Assembly (NCBI GenBank): GCA_030429685.1 | Contig: JAUIEY010000001.1 | Span: forward strand, 1-42,094 | DNA from: Gammaproteobacteria bacterium | Lineage (GTDB): Bacteria; Pseudomonadota; Gammaproteobacteria; Steroidobacterales; GCA-2729495 | DNA length: 42,094 bases | Direction of reading: 5' to 3' | Shown: positions 24,831 through 33,750 of the stretch, one piece after another | How the letters are laid out: the number at the start of each line of letters is the position of its first letter | Numbering within the stretch: the stretch's first letter is position 1 | Program-made: the position numbers and the translations under genes | Notes under the pieces: generated by a model | Told to the model about the DNA's origin: nothing | What the model saw: only the letters and a program-made list of their open reading frames with translations | Database searches by the model: none

Positions 24831-25736
24831 TCAATGCCCGCCCGCAGCCTGCTCGGTGCTGCCCTTGAACTTGCCGGACTCGACCATCTTCTTGAAGTAG
24901 GTCCAGGAGGTTTCATTCGGACGCGGATCGTCGCCGGGCGGCGGCTGATCATACTCCGGATAATTGGTCGCGATTTCATTCTTGATCACATCCGGCAGCT
25001 CATCGTAGCTGTTCAGTTTACGACCGGCCGTGTGCATGTAGATCAGGCCCTGCCGACTGTCCATCTCCATCCATGGCAGCCAGTTCGAAACACGCGCCCA
25101 GCCCACCGCAATTTCAGCGCTGTCGGTGGCATCGCTGGTGAGGCTCTCCACATCACCGATGAAATTGAACATCTCGGTGGCATGATAAGTGCCGCCGATA
25201 AAGGGCTGGTAGTCGCCGCCAAGCGGATTACGGTAGAACAGCGGCACGGTAGACGTCAGCCACCAGTGATCGCCATTGAACTCAAACGGCATTTTGAAAT
25301 CGCGGCCGTTAGCCGACGCAAAAAACGGCCCCTGGTTCACCGGGTCGTTGGCGACATGCAACACCTGGTTCATCTTGCCCGTCCACGGGTTTTTCCAGGT
25401 ACGCAGTACTTCGCCCGTCTTGGGATCCAGATACAGCAGAATTTCACGGGTCACCAACCGAAAACCTTTACCGTTTTCCGGGTCATTGACGGTGACACAC
25501 TGGCGAATGTTCATGCCTTCAACTTTGAACAGTACCCGGTCAGCCTCACCTTCCACACGACTGAACGCGCGACCGCGCCAGCCATAGGTAACGGGCTTGT
25601 TGTCGATTTCCGAACACTGGATACGCCGAATTGCGCGCAGCTGCCCTTCCGGCGTATCAAGATCGAAAGCCTGTGCCGCCGGCACCGCAATGGCCGCGGC
25701 GAGCAGCGTAAAAAGGAGTTTTATCGAGCGTTTCAT
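24831..25736 (-). CDS. DUF1838-like secreted protein
   Basis: 301 aa. Signal peptide MKRSIKLLFTLLAAAIAVPAAQA. The motifs NPWTG, HVANDPVN and WLPWMEM match my recollection of DUF1838. The start overlaps the upstream stop (TAATG). Confidence 0.65.
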   Translation of the reverse strand: MKRSIKLLFTLLAAAIAVPAAQAFDLDTPEGQLRAIRRIQCSEIDNKPVTYGWRGRAFSRVEGEADRVLFKVEGMNIRQCVTVNDPENGKGFRLVTREILLYLDPKTGEVLRTWKNPWTGKMNQVLHVANDPVNQGPFFASANGRDFKMPFEFNGDHWWLTSTVPLFYRNPLGGDYQPFIGGTYHATEMFNFIGDVESLTSDATDSAEIAVGWARVSNWLPWMEMDSRQGLIYMHTAGRKLNSYDELPDVIKNEIATNYPEYDQPPPGDDPRPNETSWTYFKKMVESGKFKGSTEQAAGGH

Positions 25737-26938
25737 TATTCTCTCCGTTGCAGGCCCCTGACGGCCAGATTAATCAGTCGGGGTACATCGTAACCCGGTT
25801 TGATGGGTTGGCGCCCGAGCGCAGGCCCGAGCCGCACCACAATTAAGTTTTCCGACGGGACAATATAGACATGCTGCTGGCCGCGCCCCCACGTCATCCA
25901 GGTGTCCTGGGCAGCGAACGGCTCCGTGACAATGGCATCGCTCGAACCACGCCCCTCGCCGTAGCCCTCGACATTGAGCGGCGGATCACCGGCACCCAGC
26001 CAGACCTGATAACCGTAATGACTGCCCGCCGGCGAAGGCTGAGTCATCTCGTCAATCCAGTCAGCCGATACGATCCGGTTGCCGTTCACGACGCCCCTGT
26101 TTAACAGCATCATGCCGACTCGCACCCAGTCCATCGCCGGGGCAGCCAGGCAACACGAGGTGAATGCCCGGCCACCGGGTGAGTCAGTATGCACCCGCGC
26201 GCGTTCGCCACCCATCGGCAGCCATAACTTGTCACGCAGAATTTCGGCGTAACGTTTGCCATAGGCACGTTCCAGCACCACACCCAGCAACTCGGAATTA
26301 ATATTGTTGTAATCCCATTTGGTCCCCTGCTCCCAGTCGGCCAGCGGCGTACGCAGGATTGGCTCGATGGAGCGGCCGGAATTAAGCCACTGGATGCCGT
26401 CGGAAAACGGGTTCAGGGTAAATTCGTACTGTCCCAGCCCGGAGCTCATAACCATGAGATTGCGCAGGGTTATTGCACCGCGCGGCTCGTCCGCCCACTC
26501 CGCAATCCACTTGCCGACAGGTTCATCCACCGATGCAATGACACCGTCTTCAATAGCCACGCCAACAAACAGGCCCATCAGCGACTTGTGCATGGACTGC
26601 GACTGGGTCAGCCAGTCTGCCTGCCAGTGGTCGGCGTACCATTCATCCTGAATCACGCCGTTGTGCACCGTGATCAGCGCGTGACTGCCGAATTCGGCGG
26701 CGTAGGCATGCATGGCCGCCAGCGCCTCTGCCGACACGGTACGATTGCTGTCCGTGGCAACCGGAAGTACGTAGGAGGAATCGCCGCGGATTTCCTCGTC
26801 GGGCACCAGCACCTCAACACCGGTGGGATCACCGCTGCTGAAAAAGCGCACATAGTTGCGCCATAACCACGGGTCCTGCCAGTACACCGCCGTGATCACG
26901 AGCAGCAGGGCCACGCCAAACAGCAGCGTCTTGCGCAT
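25736..26938 (-). CDS. serine hydrolase (beta-lactamase/PBP4-like family)
   Basis: An ATG at 26938 gives MRKTLLFGVALLL; the track's TTG start is two codons upstream. SxxK motif SMHK. General class-C-like length and composition. Confidence 0.85.
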   Translation of the reverse strand: MRKTLLFGVALLLVITAVYWQDPWLWRNYVRFFSSGDPTGVEVLVPDEEIRGDSSYVLPVATDSNRTVSAEALAAMHAYAAEFGSHALITVHNGVIQDEWYADHWQADWLTQSQSMHKSLMGLFVGVAIEDGVIASVDEPVGKWIAEWADEPRGAITLRNLMVMSSGLGQYEFTLNPFSDGIQWLNSGRSIEPILRTPLADWEQGTKWDYNNINSELLGVVLERAYGKRYAEILRDKLWLPMGGERARVHTDSPGGRAFTSCCLAAPAMDWVRVGMMLLNRGVVNGNRIVSADWIDEMTQPSPAGSHYGYQVWLGAGDPPLNVEGYGEGRGSSDAIVTEPFAAQDTWMTWGRGQQHVYIVPSENLIVVRLGPALGRQPIKPGYDVPRLINLAVRGLQRRE

Positions 26939-26940
26939 AG

Positions 26941-27519
26941 TCAAAGCCTCGAATTCATAAATGCTTCGATGCCATCCAGGATCAATTGCACCGACAGCAT
27001 GATCAGCAACATGCCCATCAGACGCTCCATGGCCATGGTGCCGCGCCGGCCCAGCAACTGGAAGATTTGCGCCGACAGGGCCAGCAGGAATACCGTTCCG
27101 GCAGCGGCCACCAGGATGGCGCCGGCCACCAGCGTGATCGAAAATTTCTCGGCAAACAGCACAGCCATGGAAATTGCACTGGGCCCGGCAATAAGCGGCA
27201 TGGCGATCGGCACCACCAGCGGCGCTTCCACGGCCGGTTCATCAAGCATCTTATGGGATGGAAACAGCATGCCCAGGGCAATCAGAAACAACACGATGCC
27301 ACCGGCCAGTCGCAGCGAATGTTCGGCCAGACCGAGCGTCGTGAGCAACGTGCCACCGAAAAAACACGCGCATAGCAGAATGCCTGTGGCAATGGCCCCT
27401 TCCCGCAATACCACTTTCACCCGTTCGCGCGGCGACAGTTCCGCGAGCAGGGTATTCACAATCACCAGGTTCCCGAACGGGTCCATGATCAGGAACAGCA
27501 GTAAGGCGACGGAAATCAC
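26941..27519 (-). CDS. MarC-family (UPF0056/NAAT) membrane protein
   Basis: 192 aa, GTG start. MISVALLLFLIMDPFGN N-terminus and six hydrophobic segments are typical of MarC. Confidence 0.85.
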   Translation of the reverse strand: MISVALLLFLIMDPFGNLVIVNTLLAELSPRERVKVVLREGAIATGILLCACFFGGTLLTTLGLAEHSLRLAGGIVLFLIALGMLFPSHKMLDEPAVEAPLVVPIAMPLIAGPSAISMAVLFAEKFSITLVAGAILVAAAGTVFLLALSAQIFQLLGRRGTMAMERLMGMLLIMLSVQLILDGIEAFMNSRL

Positions 27520-27560
27520 GTTCGCTGTTTTAGCCTTATAACGCTACGTTGGCAAGAAAA

Positions 27561-27636
<76 letters not shown>

Positions 27637-27672
27637 ACAGGCTGGAGGCCTCGGTCAGAACGACCGGGGCGA

Positions 27673-27701
27673 AGTATAGGCGCAGATCGCACCCCCGGCA
27701 A
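27673..27701 (-). promoter_or_regulatory. candidate sigma70 promoter for tRNA-Thr
   Basis: Minus strand reads TTGCCG, a 17-nt spacer, TATACT, then a GC-rich discriminator TCGCCCC, about 35 nt upstream of the mature tRNA 5' end. Confidence 0.5.
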
Positions 27702-27727
27702 CGCGCGGGACTCAGCGCGCCAGCGCC

Positions 27728-28138
27728 TCAGGTTTTGTTCCTGACCCTGACTACCACTTCGACATCCTGCGCTTCGGTACCTGCCGGCAGGTCGGGCAGC
27801 CGACTGAACTGCAGGGCGTCGGCATCAATATCCGTCAGCTGCCCCGAGTCCACGTTGTAGAAATGATGATGATGACAGGTGGTCGAATCGTAAAACTGGC
27901 GTGTCGAATCAACCGACACTTCGCGTATCAGGCCCTGCTCAGTAAATAATTTAAGCGTGTTGTATACCGTCGCTTTGGAAACTTTGCTGCCAGCTCGCTG
28001 CAACTGGCTGAGAATTTCATCAGCCGACATGTGCTGCGGTCTGGATAACAACAGGGTGCCAATCTCGAGTCGCTGGCTGGTTGGTTTTACCCCGGTGGCA
28101 CGCAGGCGTTCTTCTATATTTTGTTTTTGCTCCACCAC
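27728..28138 (-). CDS. Fur-family transcriptional regulator lacking CxxC motifs (Irr-like features)
   Basis: Probable GTG start at 28138 or 28135, preceded by GGGGGAG. It has a winged-helix region TSQRLEIGTLLL...ATVYNTLKLFTEQGLI, then CHHHHFYNVDSGQLTDI. The track ORF to 28315 adds an implausible N-terminus. Confidence 0.8.
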   Translation of the reverse strand: MVEQKQNIEERLRATGVKPTSQRLEIGTLLLSRPQHMSADEILSQLQRAGSKVSKATVYNTLKLFTEQGLIREVSVDSTRQFYDSTTCHHHHFYNVDSGQLTDIDADALQFSRLPDLPAGTEAQDVEVVVRVRNKT

Positions 28139-28279
28139 ACTCCCCCAAGTATGCACGTGTTGGTTAAATTCTAGTCGTTGCGAAAACGGCCATGCAATTC
28201 TTGACAGACCGGTTTTTCCGGTGATTTTGGGCGCAAATCCGACTGGTGAACAAGTCCGTAAAAACCAACAATCAGGCGC

Positions 28280-28837
28280 ATGGAGATTTTGCGGCAGGCA
28301 TTTTTTGCCAGACACAGTGACGGTTTTTCCCTGCTGGAATTTTTACTGACCGTAACCCTGCTCGGCGTACTCACCGTCATGGCGGTTGGCGGGATGCAAC
28401 AGCTGAACGCCCGGATGCAGATGAATACCAATATAAATAGTCTTCTACACACGATTTATGAAGCTCGTTCGCGCGCATTGACCAGCGGCAGCGAGGTGGT
28501 GATTTGCCCGAGCGGCAATGCGTTGCGGTGCGATACAGGCAATGCCTGGCAAAACGGCTGGCTGGCATTCCAGACGCCCGTAGCGGGTAGCCGCCAGCCC
28601 GGCGCCGATGCCAGGCGGCTGGCCCGTGGCGAGCGCATGCCCGGTCTGCGCGTGTCCGCCAACCGGCAGCTGTTTGTCATGCGCCCGTTCGGGCGGCGCT
28701 CGACCAATGGCACCTGGATATTCTGTGACCGGCAGGCACTAACTGCGCCGCAGGCCGTCGTCGTCAGTTACACCGGCAAGCCGCGCGTTACCCGCAGCAA
28801 CCCGGCCGGCCGCCCGTTGCGCTGTCCGGATATTTGA
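28280..28837 (+). CDS. type IV minor pilin, GspH/FimT family
   Basis: 185 aa. Prepilin motif DG-FSLLEFLLTVTLLGVL after a 15-residue leader, followed by a GspH-type domain (INSLLHTIYEARSRAL...VVICPS). Confidence 0.8.
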   Translation: MEILRQAFFARHSDGFSLLEFLLTVTLLGVLTVMAVGGMQQLNARMQMNTNINSLLHTIYEARSRALTSGSEVVICPSGNALRCDTGNAWQNGWLAFQTPVAGSRQPGADARRLARGERMPGLRVSANRQLFVMRPFGRRSTNGTWIFCDRQALTAPQAVVVSYTGKPRVTRSNPAGRPLRCPDI

Positions 28838-29073
28838 TGCTTATGTCCGCCGGCCAGCAACATTATTCCGCCCGCGGCAGCACGCTGGTCGAGATTCTCG
28901 CGGCCCTGGCCATCGCAGCGATAGCCGGGCTGGCCATCATGACTGCCATGATCAACAGCATTGCCGGACGCCGGACTGACGTGCAACAGGTTCAGGCCAT
29001 TCGCCAGCAGGCTGACAGTGACGAACTTGCAGCAATGCGCGAGCGGGCTGCCTGGTACACCGTGGCTTCATGA
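28837..29073 (+). CDS. very short prepilin-type protein (PilV/GspI position)
   Basis: ATG at 28837 (TGATG overlap with the upstream stop). RG-STLVEILAALAIAAIAGL is a class III signal / N-methylation motif. It is 78 aa, far shorter than my recollection of typical PilV. Confidence 0.55.
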   Translation: MLMSAGQQHYSARGSTLVEILAALAIAAIAGLAIMTAMINSIAGRRTDVQQVQAIRQQADSDELAAMRERAAWYTVAS

Positions 29074-29825
29074 GGCGCAGGCACTTTGCAGCATGGTCAA
29101 CAGGCAACGGCTTTACGCTGGCCGAATTGCTGGTGGCCATGACCCTCGGCCTCGGCCTGATCGCCGGCGCATTGCATATGTTCGGGATGGTGCTCAATGC
29201 CTGGCAGACCATCGAGGCTGCCGCCTCGCTGGAGGAACGTCTCGATTTTGCCCTCAGGGCCATGGAAGCTGACGTGCTGCTCGCAGGCTACCGCGGTGAT
29301 TCGCATCTGCCGGGTCCGGCGGTTCCGGTCGGCGCCCACTGCCGGGGGCGGGATGTCTCGGGCTGGGCGCTGAACATCAGTGCGACGCCGGAAGCACACA
29401 ACAACGCAGCCAGCCTGCCCTGCCCGGCATACACCGGCATGCAGGCCGGCAGCGATGCACTGGTGGTGCGTCATGATGACGCCATGAGCGATATTCTGGT
29501 CAGGCAATTGCACGGCTGGTATGTAGACCGCGGTTCTTCATCACCAAACGAGCCGTCACTGCGGCGGCATACTTTGATGCCGGACGGTACAGTGCAGAAT
29601 CACGAAGTGATGCCCGGCATCGAATCGCTGCAGATACTTCTCGGCATGGATCACGACGGTGACCGGCAGATAGATGAGTTCATGGAGCCGGGCGCCGAGA
29701 CCGGCACCTTGCTGGCCGTGCAGGTGGAACTGACGGCACGGGCAGCGCGGCGCGAACCGCAGGTCGCCGGCGATGGCTACCGCCGCCGCACAGCCGGCCG
29801 CATATTCCTGTTGCGCAATGTCTGA
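29070..29825 (+). CDS. pilW: type IV minor pilin PilW-like
   Basis: 251 aa. NG-FTLAELLVAMTLGLGLI prepilin motif. Position and size fit PilW/GspJ. ATGA overlap with the upstream gene. Confidence 0.75.
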   Translation: MRRRHFAAWSTGNGFTLAELLVAMTLGLGLIAGALHMFGMVLNAWQTIEAAASLEERLDFALRAMEADVLLAGYRGDSHLPGPAVPVGAHCRGRDVSGWALNISATPEAHNNAASLPCPAYTGMQAGSDALVVRHDDAMSDILVRQLHGWYVDRGSSSPNEPSLRRHTLMPDGTVQNHEVMPGIESLQILLGMDHDGDRQIDEFMEPGAETGTLLAVQVELTARAARREPQVAGDGYRRRTAGRIFLLRNV

Positions 29826-30360
29826 CGCAGAATTTAATTGGGTGGCCTGGCACCGCCGGCACAATCGCAGCGACATGCAAACGGGCTCGGTATTGGCGCT
29901 CATGCTGCTGTTGCTGGTACTGATGACGGCCACCGCGGTAGCGGTGACCCGCACCGCAACCGCCAATACGCGGCTGGTCGCATCGGTGCAGGCGGGCAGT
30001 GTCGCCTTTGCGCTGGCAGCCGCCGCAACCCGGCGGGCTATGCAAACTGTGCAGGCCGACCCGACGCTGCTGCCAGGCTCAGGACATGTTGATCTGGATG
30101 CTGTGCATGGCCCGACAGGCAGCGCCCGCACACGCATACGCTTGCTTGGCACCCGGCCCGGCTGCGCAGCGCTCGGCGCACTGCCGGCGGAACGCAGTGA
30201 TTACGAAATTCAGGTCACGGCGACCGGCACCCGCGGCGCACTCAGTCATCACCGGCAGGGATTCTATGTTTGCCGCGAAATCTGCACACCGCCGTGCACC
30301 GGCATGGAAACGCCGGCGCAGCCAACTTATTGGTATCAAACCCGGCCGGATAAACCGTGA
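29818..30360 (+). CDS. pilX: PilX-like minor pilin (PilX_N domain)
   Basis: ATG at 29818 (ATGTCTGA overlap with the pilW stop). QTGSVLALMLLLLVLMTATAVAVTRTATANTRL matches the PilX N-terminal domain; C-terminal YEIQVTATGTRGA is also PilX-like. Confidence 0.7.
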   Translation: MSDAEFNWVAWHRRHNRSDMQTGSVLALMLLLLVLMTATAVAVTRTATANTRLVASVQAGSVAFALAAAATRRAMQTVQADPTLLPGSGHVDLDAVHGPTGSARTRIRLLGTRPGCAALGALPAERSDYEIQVTATGTRGALSHHRQGFYVCREICTPPCTGMETPAQPTYWYQTRPDKP

Positions 30361-30368
30361 CCGGTCGG

Positions 30369-30878
30369 CTATTGCCTGAGGCGCCGGCGTTCCAGAAAAA
30401 AGCTGTCGAACAGCACCAGCACCACCCCCACCGTAATGGCACTGTCCGCCACATTGAAGGCCGGCCATGACCATTGCTCGTAGTAGACCAGAATAAAATC
30501 CACCACATAGCCATGCATGACCCGGTCAATCAGGTTGCCGATGGCACCGGCAAGGATCAGCGCCAGGCCAAGCGCCAGCGTGCGACAACCCCGTGCCGGC
30601 AATACCCACTGATACCAGAGAATGCCGAGACTGACGAGCACCGCAATGCCGGTAAACAACCAGTGCTGCCAGCCACCCGCGTCAGCGAGCAAACTGAATG
30701 CCGCGCCGGTGTTGTGAAAGCGCACCAGGTCAAAAACCGGCAACAAATTGATGCGGTCGTATTCATCCAGATTGACCTGCACCATCCACTTGCTGAGCTG
30801 ATCAATCAGAATCAGCGGCACGGTGACCCACATCCAGCGGAGTGACGCGGCACCGGCTTTGGCAACCTGCTCAGGCAT
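30369..30878 (-). CDS. lspA: lipoprotein signal peptidase II
   Basis: An ATG at 30878 (8-nt overlap with the ileS stop) gives a 169-aa protein with [26 protein letters not shown] and FNVADSAI motifs. The track's 290-aa version is an in-frame extension into ileS. Confidence 0.92.
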   Translation of the reverse strand: MPEQVAKAGAASLRWMWVTVPLILIDQLSKWMVQVNLDEYDRINLLPVFDLVRFHNTGAAFSLLADAGGWQHWLFTGIAVLVSLGILWYQWVLPARGCRTLALGLALILAGAIGNLIDRVMHGYVVDFILVYYEQWSWPAFNVADSAITVGVVLVLFDSFFLERRRLRQ

Positions 30879-33684
30879 AAGCGCGCTGCTCACCCGGGCC
30901 ACTAATGTTGCTTTCGCAGCGACCGCAAATCTCCGGGTGCGCGGCGGAACTGCCAACGTCGGCGCGGCGATGCCAGCAACGAATGCACTTGTCATGTTCG
31001 CTGACGCCGACGGAAACCCGGAAGCCGTCGCCGGCAACCGCGCTGGCGGGAGCATCAGCCAGCGGAGTAACTGCCGCCTCGGAGGTGATAAACACAAAAC
31101 GCAGTTCATCGCCCAGTTGCTGCAGGGCGTCCTGCAGGGCGCCGTCCGCATGGACCACGACCGTCGCCTCCAGCGCCGAGCCGATAGTGCCGGCATCGCG
31201 CAATGCTTCCAGCGCCCGGGCAACCGTTTCGCGCACCGCAATCAACGCGTCCCAGTCAATTTCGAGCGTGCCCTGCGCATCCGCCTGTTCAAACAACGCC
31301 AGAAAAACCGATGGCTCTTCGCGTGCGGGCAACTCCTGCCAGATCTCCTCGGCGGTAAAACTGAGCACCGGCGCCAGCCAGCGCACCATGGATTCAACAA
31401 TCAGGTACATGGCCGTCTGTGCAGAGCGGCGCGGATGTGAATCAGCACCCGTGGTGTACAAACGGTCCTTGAGAATATCGAGGTAGAACGACCCCATATC
31501 CACCACACAGAAGTTGTGCAGGTCCTGGTATACCCGATGGAAGGCATATTCTTCATAGGCTTTCAGCAACCGGGATTGCAGTCGCGCAGCGCGCAATACG
31601 GCCCAGCGATCGAGATCAACCATTTCGTCGAGCGGCACGCTGTGGCTGGCAGGATCAAAGCCGTGCAGATTGCCCAGCAGGAATCGCGCGGTATTGCGCA
31701 TGCGCCGGTAGGAGTCCGCCACCCGTTTCAGAATTTCGTCGGAAGCGCTCATTTCGCCGCTGTAATCCGTAGCGGCAACCCACAAACGCAGAATGTCGGC
31801 ACCCAGACTGTTTGCCACCTGCTGCGGCGCGATGGTGTTGCCGAGCGACTTGGACATCTTGTGCCCTTTTTCGTCAACAGTGAACCCGTGGGTCATGCAC
31901 TGGCGATAAGGCGCATCACCGTGCATGGCCACTGAAGTCAGCAGCGAGCTCTGGAACCAGCCGCGATGTTGATCGGAACCTTCCAGGTACAGATCGGCCT
32001 GTTGCGGAATTTCTTCACGGGCCTGCGACAGGCAATGGTGCACCATGCCGGAGTCCATCCAGACATCCATGGTATCCATAACCTTGTCGTAGTCGGCGGC
32101 ATCGTCAATCAATTCAGCGATATCGAGCTCAAACCAGCCATCAATGCTGTCAGTCTCGATACGCCCGGCGACCTGCTCCAGCAGCGCGGGAGTATCCGGA
32201 TGCAACTCGCCGCTTTCTTTGTGCACCAGCAACGGAATCGGCACGCCCCAGGTGCGCTGGCGTGAAATACACCAGTCGGGCCGGCCTTCCACCATGGCCT
32301 CAATACGTTGCTGCCCCCAGGCAGGTATCCACTGCACGTTGGCGATTGCGTACATGGCGTCACGCCGCAGCCCGTTCTGGTCAAGGCTGACAAACCACTG
32401 TGGCGTGGCGCGAAAAATCAGCGGCGTCTTGTGCCGCCAGCAATGCGGGTAACTGTGATTGAATCCCGTGACATGCAACAGGGTGCCATTTTCCTGCATG
32501 AGCTCGGTGATGGCCTTGCCCGCTTTGTTGATGTGCTGCCCGGCAAACAATTCTGTCGACGGCAGGTACACACCATTGGCATCCACCGGGTTCTCCAGCG
32601 GCAGATCATTCGCGACGCCCGCGGCGAAATCATCGTGACCGTGGCCTGGCGCAATGTGCACTGCACCCGTACCGGTGTCCAGGGTCACGAAATCGGTATT
32701 GATGACCGGCACCTGCCGGTCGTAGAACGGGTGCTCCAGTTGCAGGCCGTGTAGCAGTGAACCGGGAAACTCAGCCAGAATCTGGCTGCCGGTCGCACCG
32801 TAGCGGACCAGTGCATCCTCCGCCAGCCCCTCGGCCAATACCAGCAATTCACTCTGGCCGTTGATATCGGCTTCGACCAGCACGTAAGGAATATCCGGGC
32901 CGAGTGCCACTGCCTGGTTGGCCGGCAACGTCCATGCCGTGGTGGTCCAGATCGGCACCGAGGCACGCAGCGACTCTTCACTGGCCATGGTCTTCAGGCT
33001 GGAACCCACACGCTCGAATAGTTCTGCGTGGTCTATGACCTCGAAACGCACATCAATCGCAAAAGATTTTTTATCCTGATACTCGACTTCTGCCTCTGCC
33101 AGCGCCGAGCCGCAGTCCAGACACCAGTGCACCGGCTTGTAACCGCGTTGCAGGTGGCCGTTATCTATAATTTTGGCAAAGCCGCGCACCTGCGCCGCTT
33201 CGAATGCCGGATCAAGCGTCAGATAGGGATTGTCCCAGTCACCCAGTACGCCCAGACGCTTGAAGTCTTCGCGCTGACTGTCCACCTGACGCAGCGCGTA
33301 TTCGCGACAGGCCTGGCGGAACTGGGCCGCATCGAGTTTTTTACCGACCTTGCCTTGCTTCTTTTCGACCTGCAGTTCAATGGGCAGACCGTGACAGTCC
33401 CAGCCGGGAATGTAAGGTGCGTCATAGCCCATCAGGCCGCGCGATTTGACCACAATGTCCTTGAGGATCTTGTTAACCGCATGACCCAGGTGAATCTGCC
33501 CGTTGGCATACGGCGGTCCGTCAACCAGCACAAAAGGCTTGCGCCCCCTGGCACGCTCGCGGATCTTGCCGTACAGGTCATCATCCAGCCAGTGCCTGAG
33601 CATCTGCGGCTCACGCTGGGCCAGGTTGGCACGCATCGGAAATGCCGTTTGCGGCAGGTTAATAGTGTCTTTGTAATCAGTCAC
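30871..33684 (-). CDS. ileS: isoleucine--tRNA ligase
   Basis: 937 aa, GTG start. [14 protein letters not shown]-terminus, HLGH and KMSKS signatures, C-terminal zinc-binding CIRCW...CGRC. Confidence 0.97.
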   Translation of the reverse strand: MTDYKDTINLPQTAFPMRANLAQREPQMLRHWLDDDLYGKIRERARGRKPFVLVDGPPYANGQIHLGHAVNKILKDIVVKSRGLMGYDAPYIPGWDCHGLPIELQVEKKQGKVGKKLDAAQFRQACREYALRQVDSQREDFKRLGVLGDWDNPYLTLDPAFEAAQVRGFAKIIDNGHLQRGYKPVHWCLDCGSALAEAEVEYQDKKSFAIDVRFEVIDHAELFERVGSSLKTMASEESLRASVPIWTTTAWTLPANQAVALGPDIPYVLVEADINGQSELLVLAEGLAEDALVRYGATGSQILAEFPGSLLHGLQLEHPFYDRQVPVINTDFVTLDTGTGAVHIAPGHGHDDFAAGVANDLPLENPVDANGVYLPSTELFAGQHINKAGKAITELMQENGTLLHVTGFNHSYPHCWRHKTPLIFRATPQWFVSLDQNGLRRDAMYAIANVQWIPAWGQQRIEAMVEGRPDWCISRQRTWGVPIPLLVHKESGELHPDTPALLEQVAGRIETDSIDGWFELDIAELIDDAADYDKVMDTMDVWMDSGMVHHCLSQAREEIPQQADLYLEGSDQHRGWFQSSLLTSVAMHGDAPYRQCMTHGFTVDEKGHKMSKSLGNTIAPQQVANSLGADILRLWVAATDYSGEMSASDEILKRVADSYRRMRNTARFLLGNLHGFDPASHSVPLDEMVDLDRWAVLRAARLQSRLLKAYEEYAFHRVYQDLHNFCVVDMGSFYLDILKDRLYTTGADSHPRRSAQTAMYLIVESMVRWLAPVLSFTAEEIWQELPAREEPSVFLALFEQADAQGTLEIDWDALIAVRETVARALEALRDAGTIGSALEATVVVHADGALQDALQQLGDELRFVFITSEAAVTPLADAPASAVAGDGFRVSVGVSEHDKCIRCWHRRADVGSSAAHPEICGRCESNISGPGEQRAYA

Positions 33685-33720
33685 AGCAAAACTTCAGGAG
33701 TCGTTGTAGTCAGTCACAGC
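33667..33720 (-). repeat. 21-nt direct repeat (19/21) duplicating the ileS translation start, 33-nt period
   Basis: Minus strand reads GCTGTGACTGACTACAACGAC (33720-33700) and GCTGTGACTGATTACAAAGAC (33687-33667). The upstream copy opens an in-frame mini-ORF GTG ACT GAC TAC AAC GAC TCC TGA (33717-33694). Confidence 0.85.
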
Positions 33721-33750
33721 AGCTTGGAGGGATTGTGAGCAGATCGCGCG

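Noticed and set aside
28139-28279. A Fur box (GATAATGATAATCATTATC-like) in the spacer between the Fur-family gene and the fimT-like gene.
   Set aside because: I found no 19-nt or hexamer-repeat match. Only a weak TTAAATTCTAG element is present, which is not enough to call a binding site.
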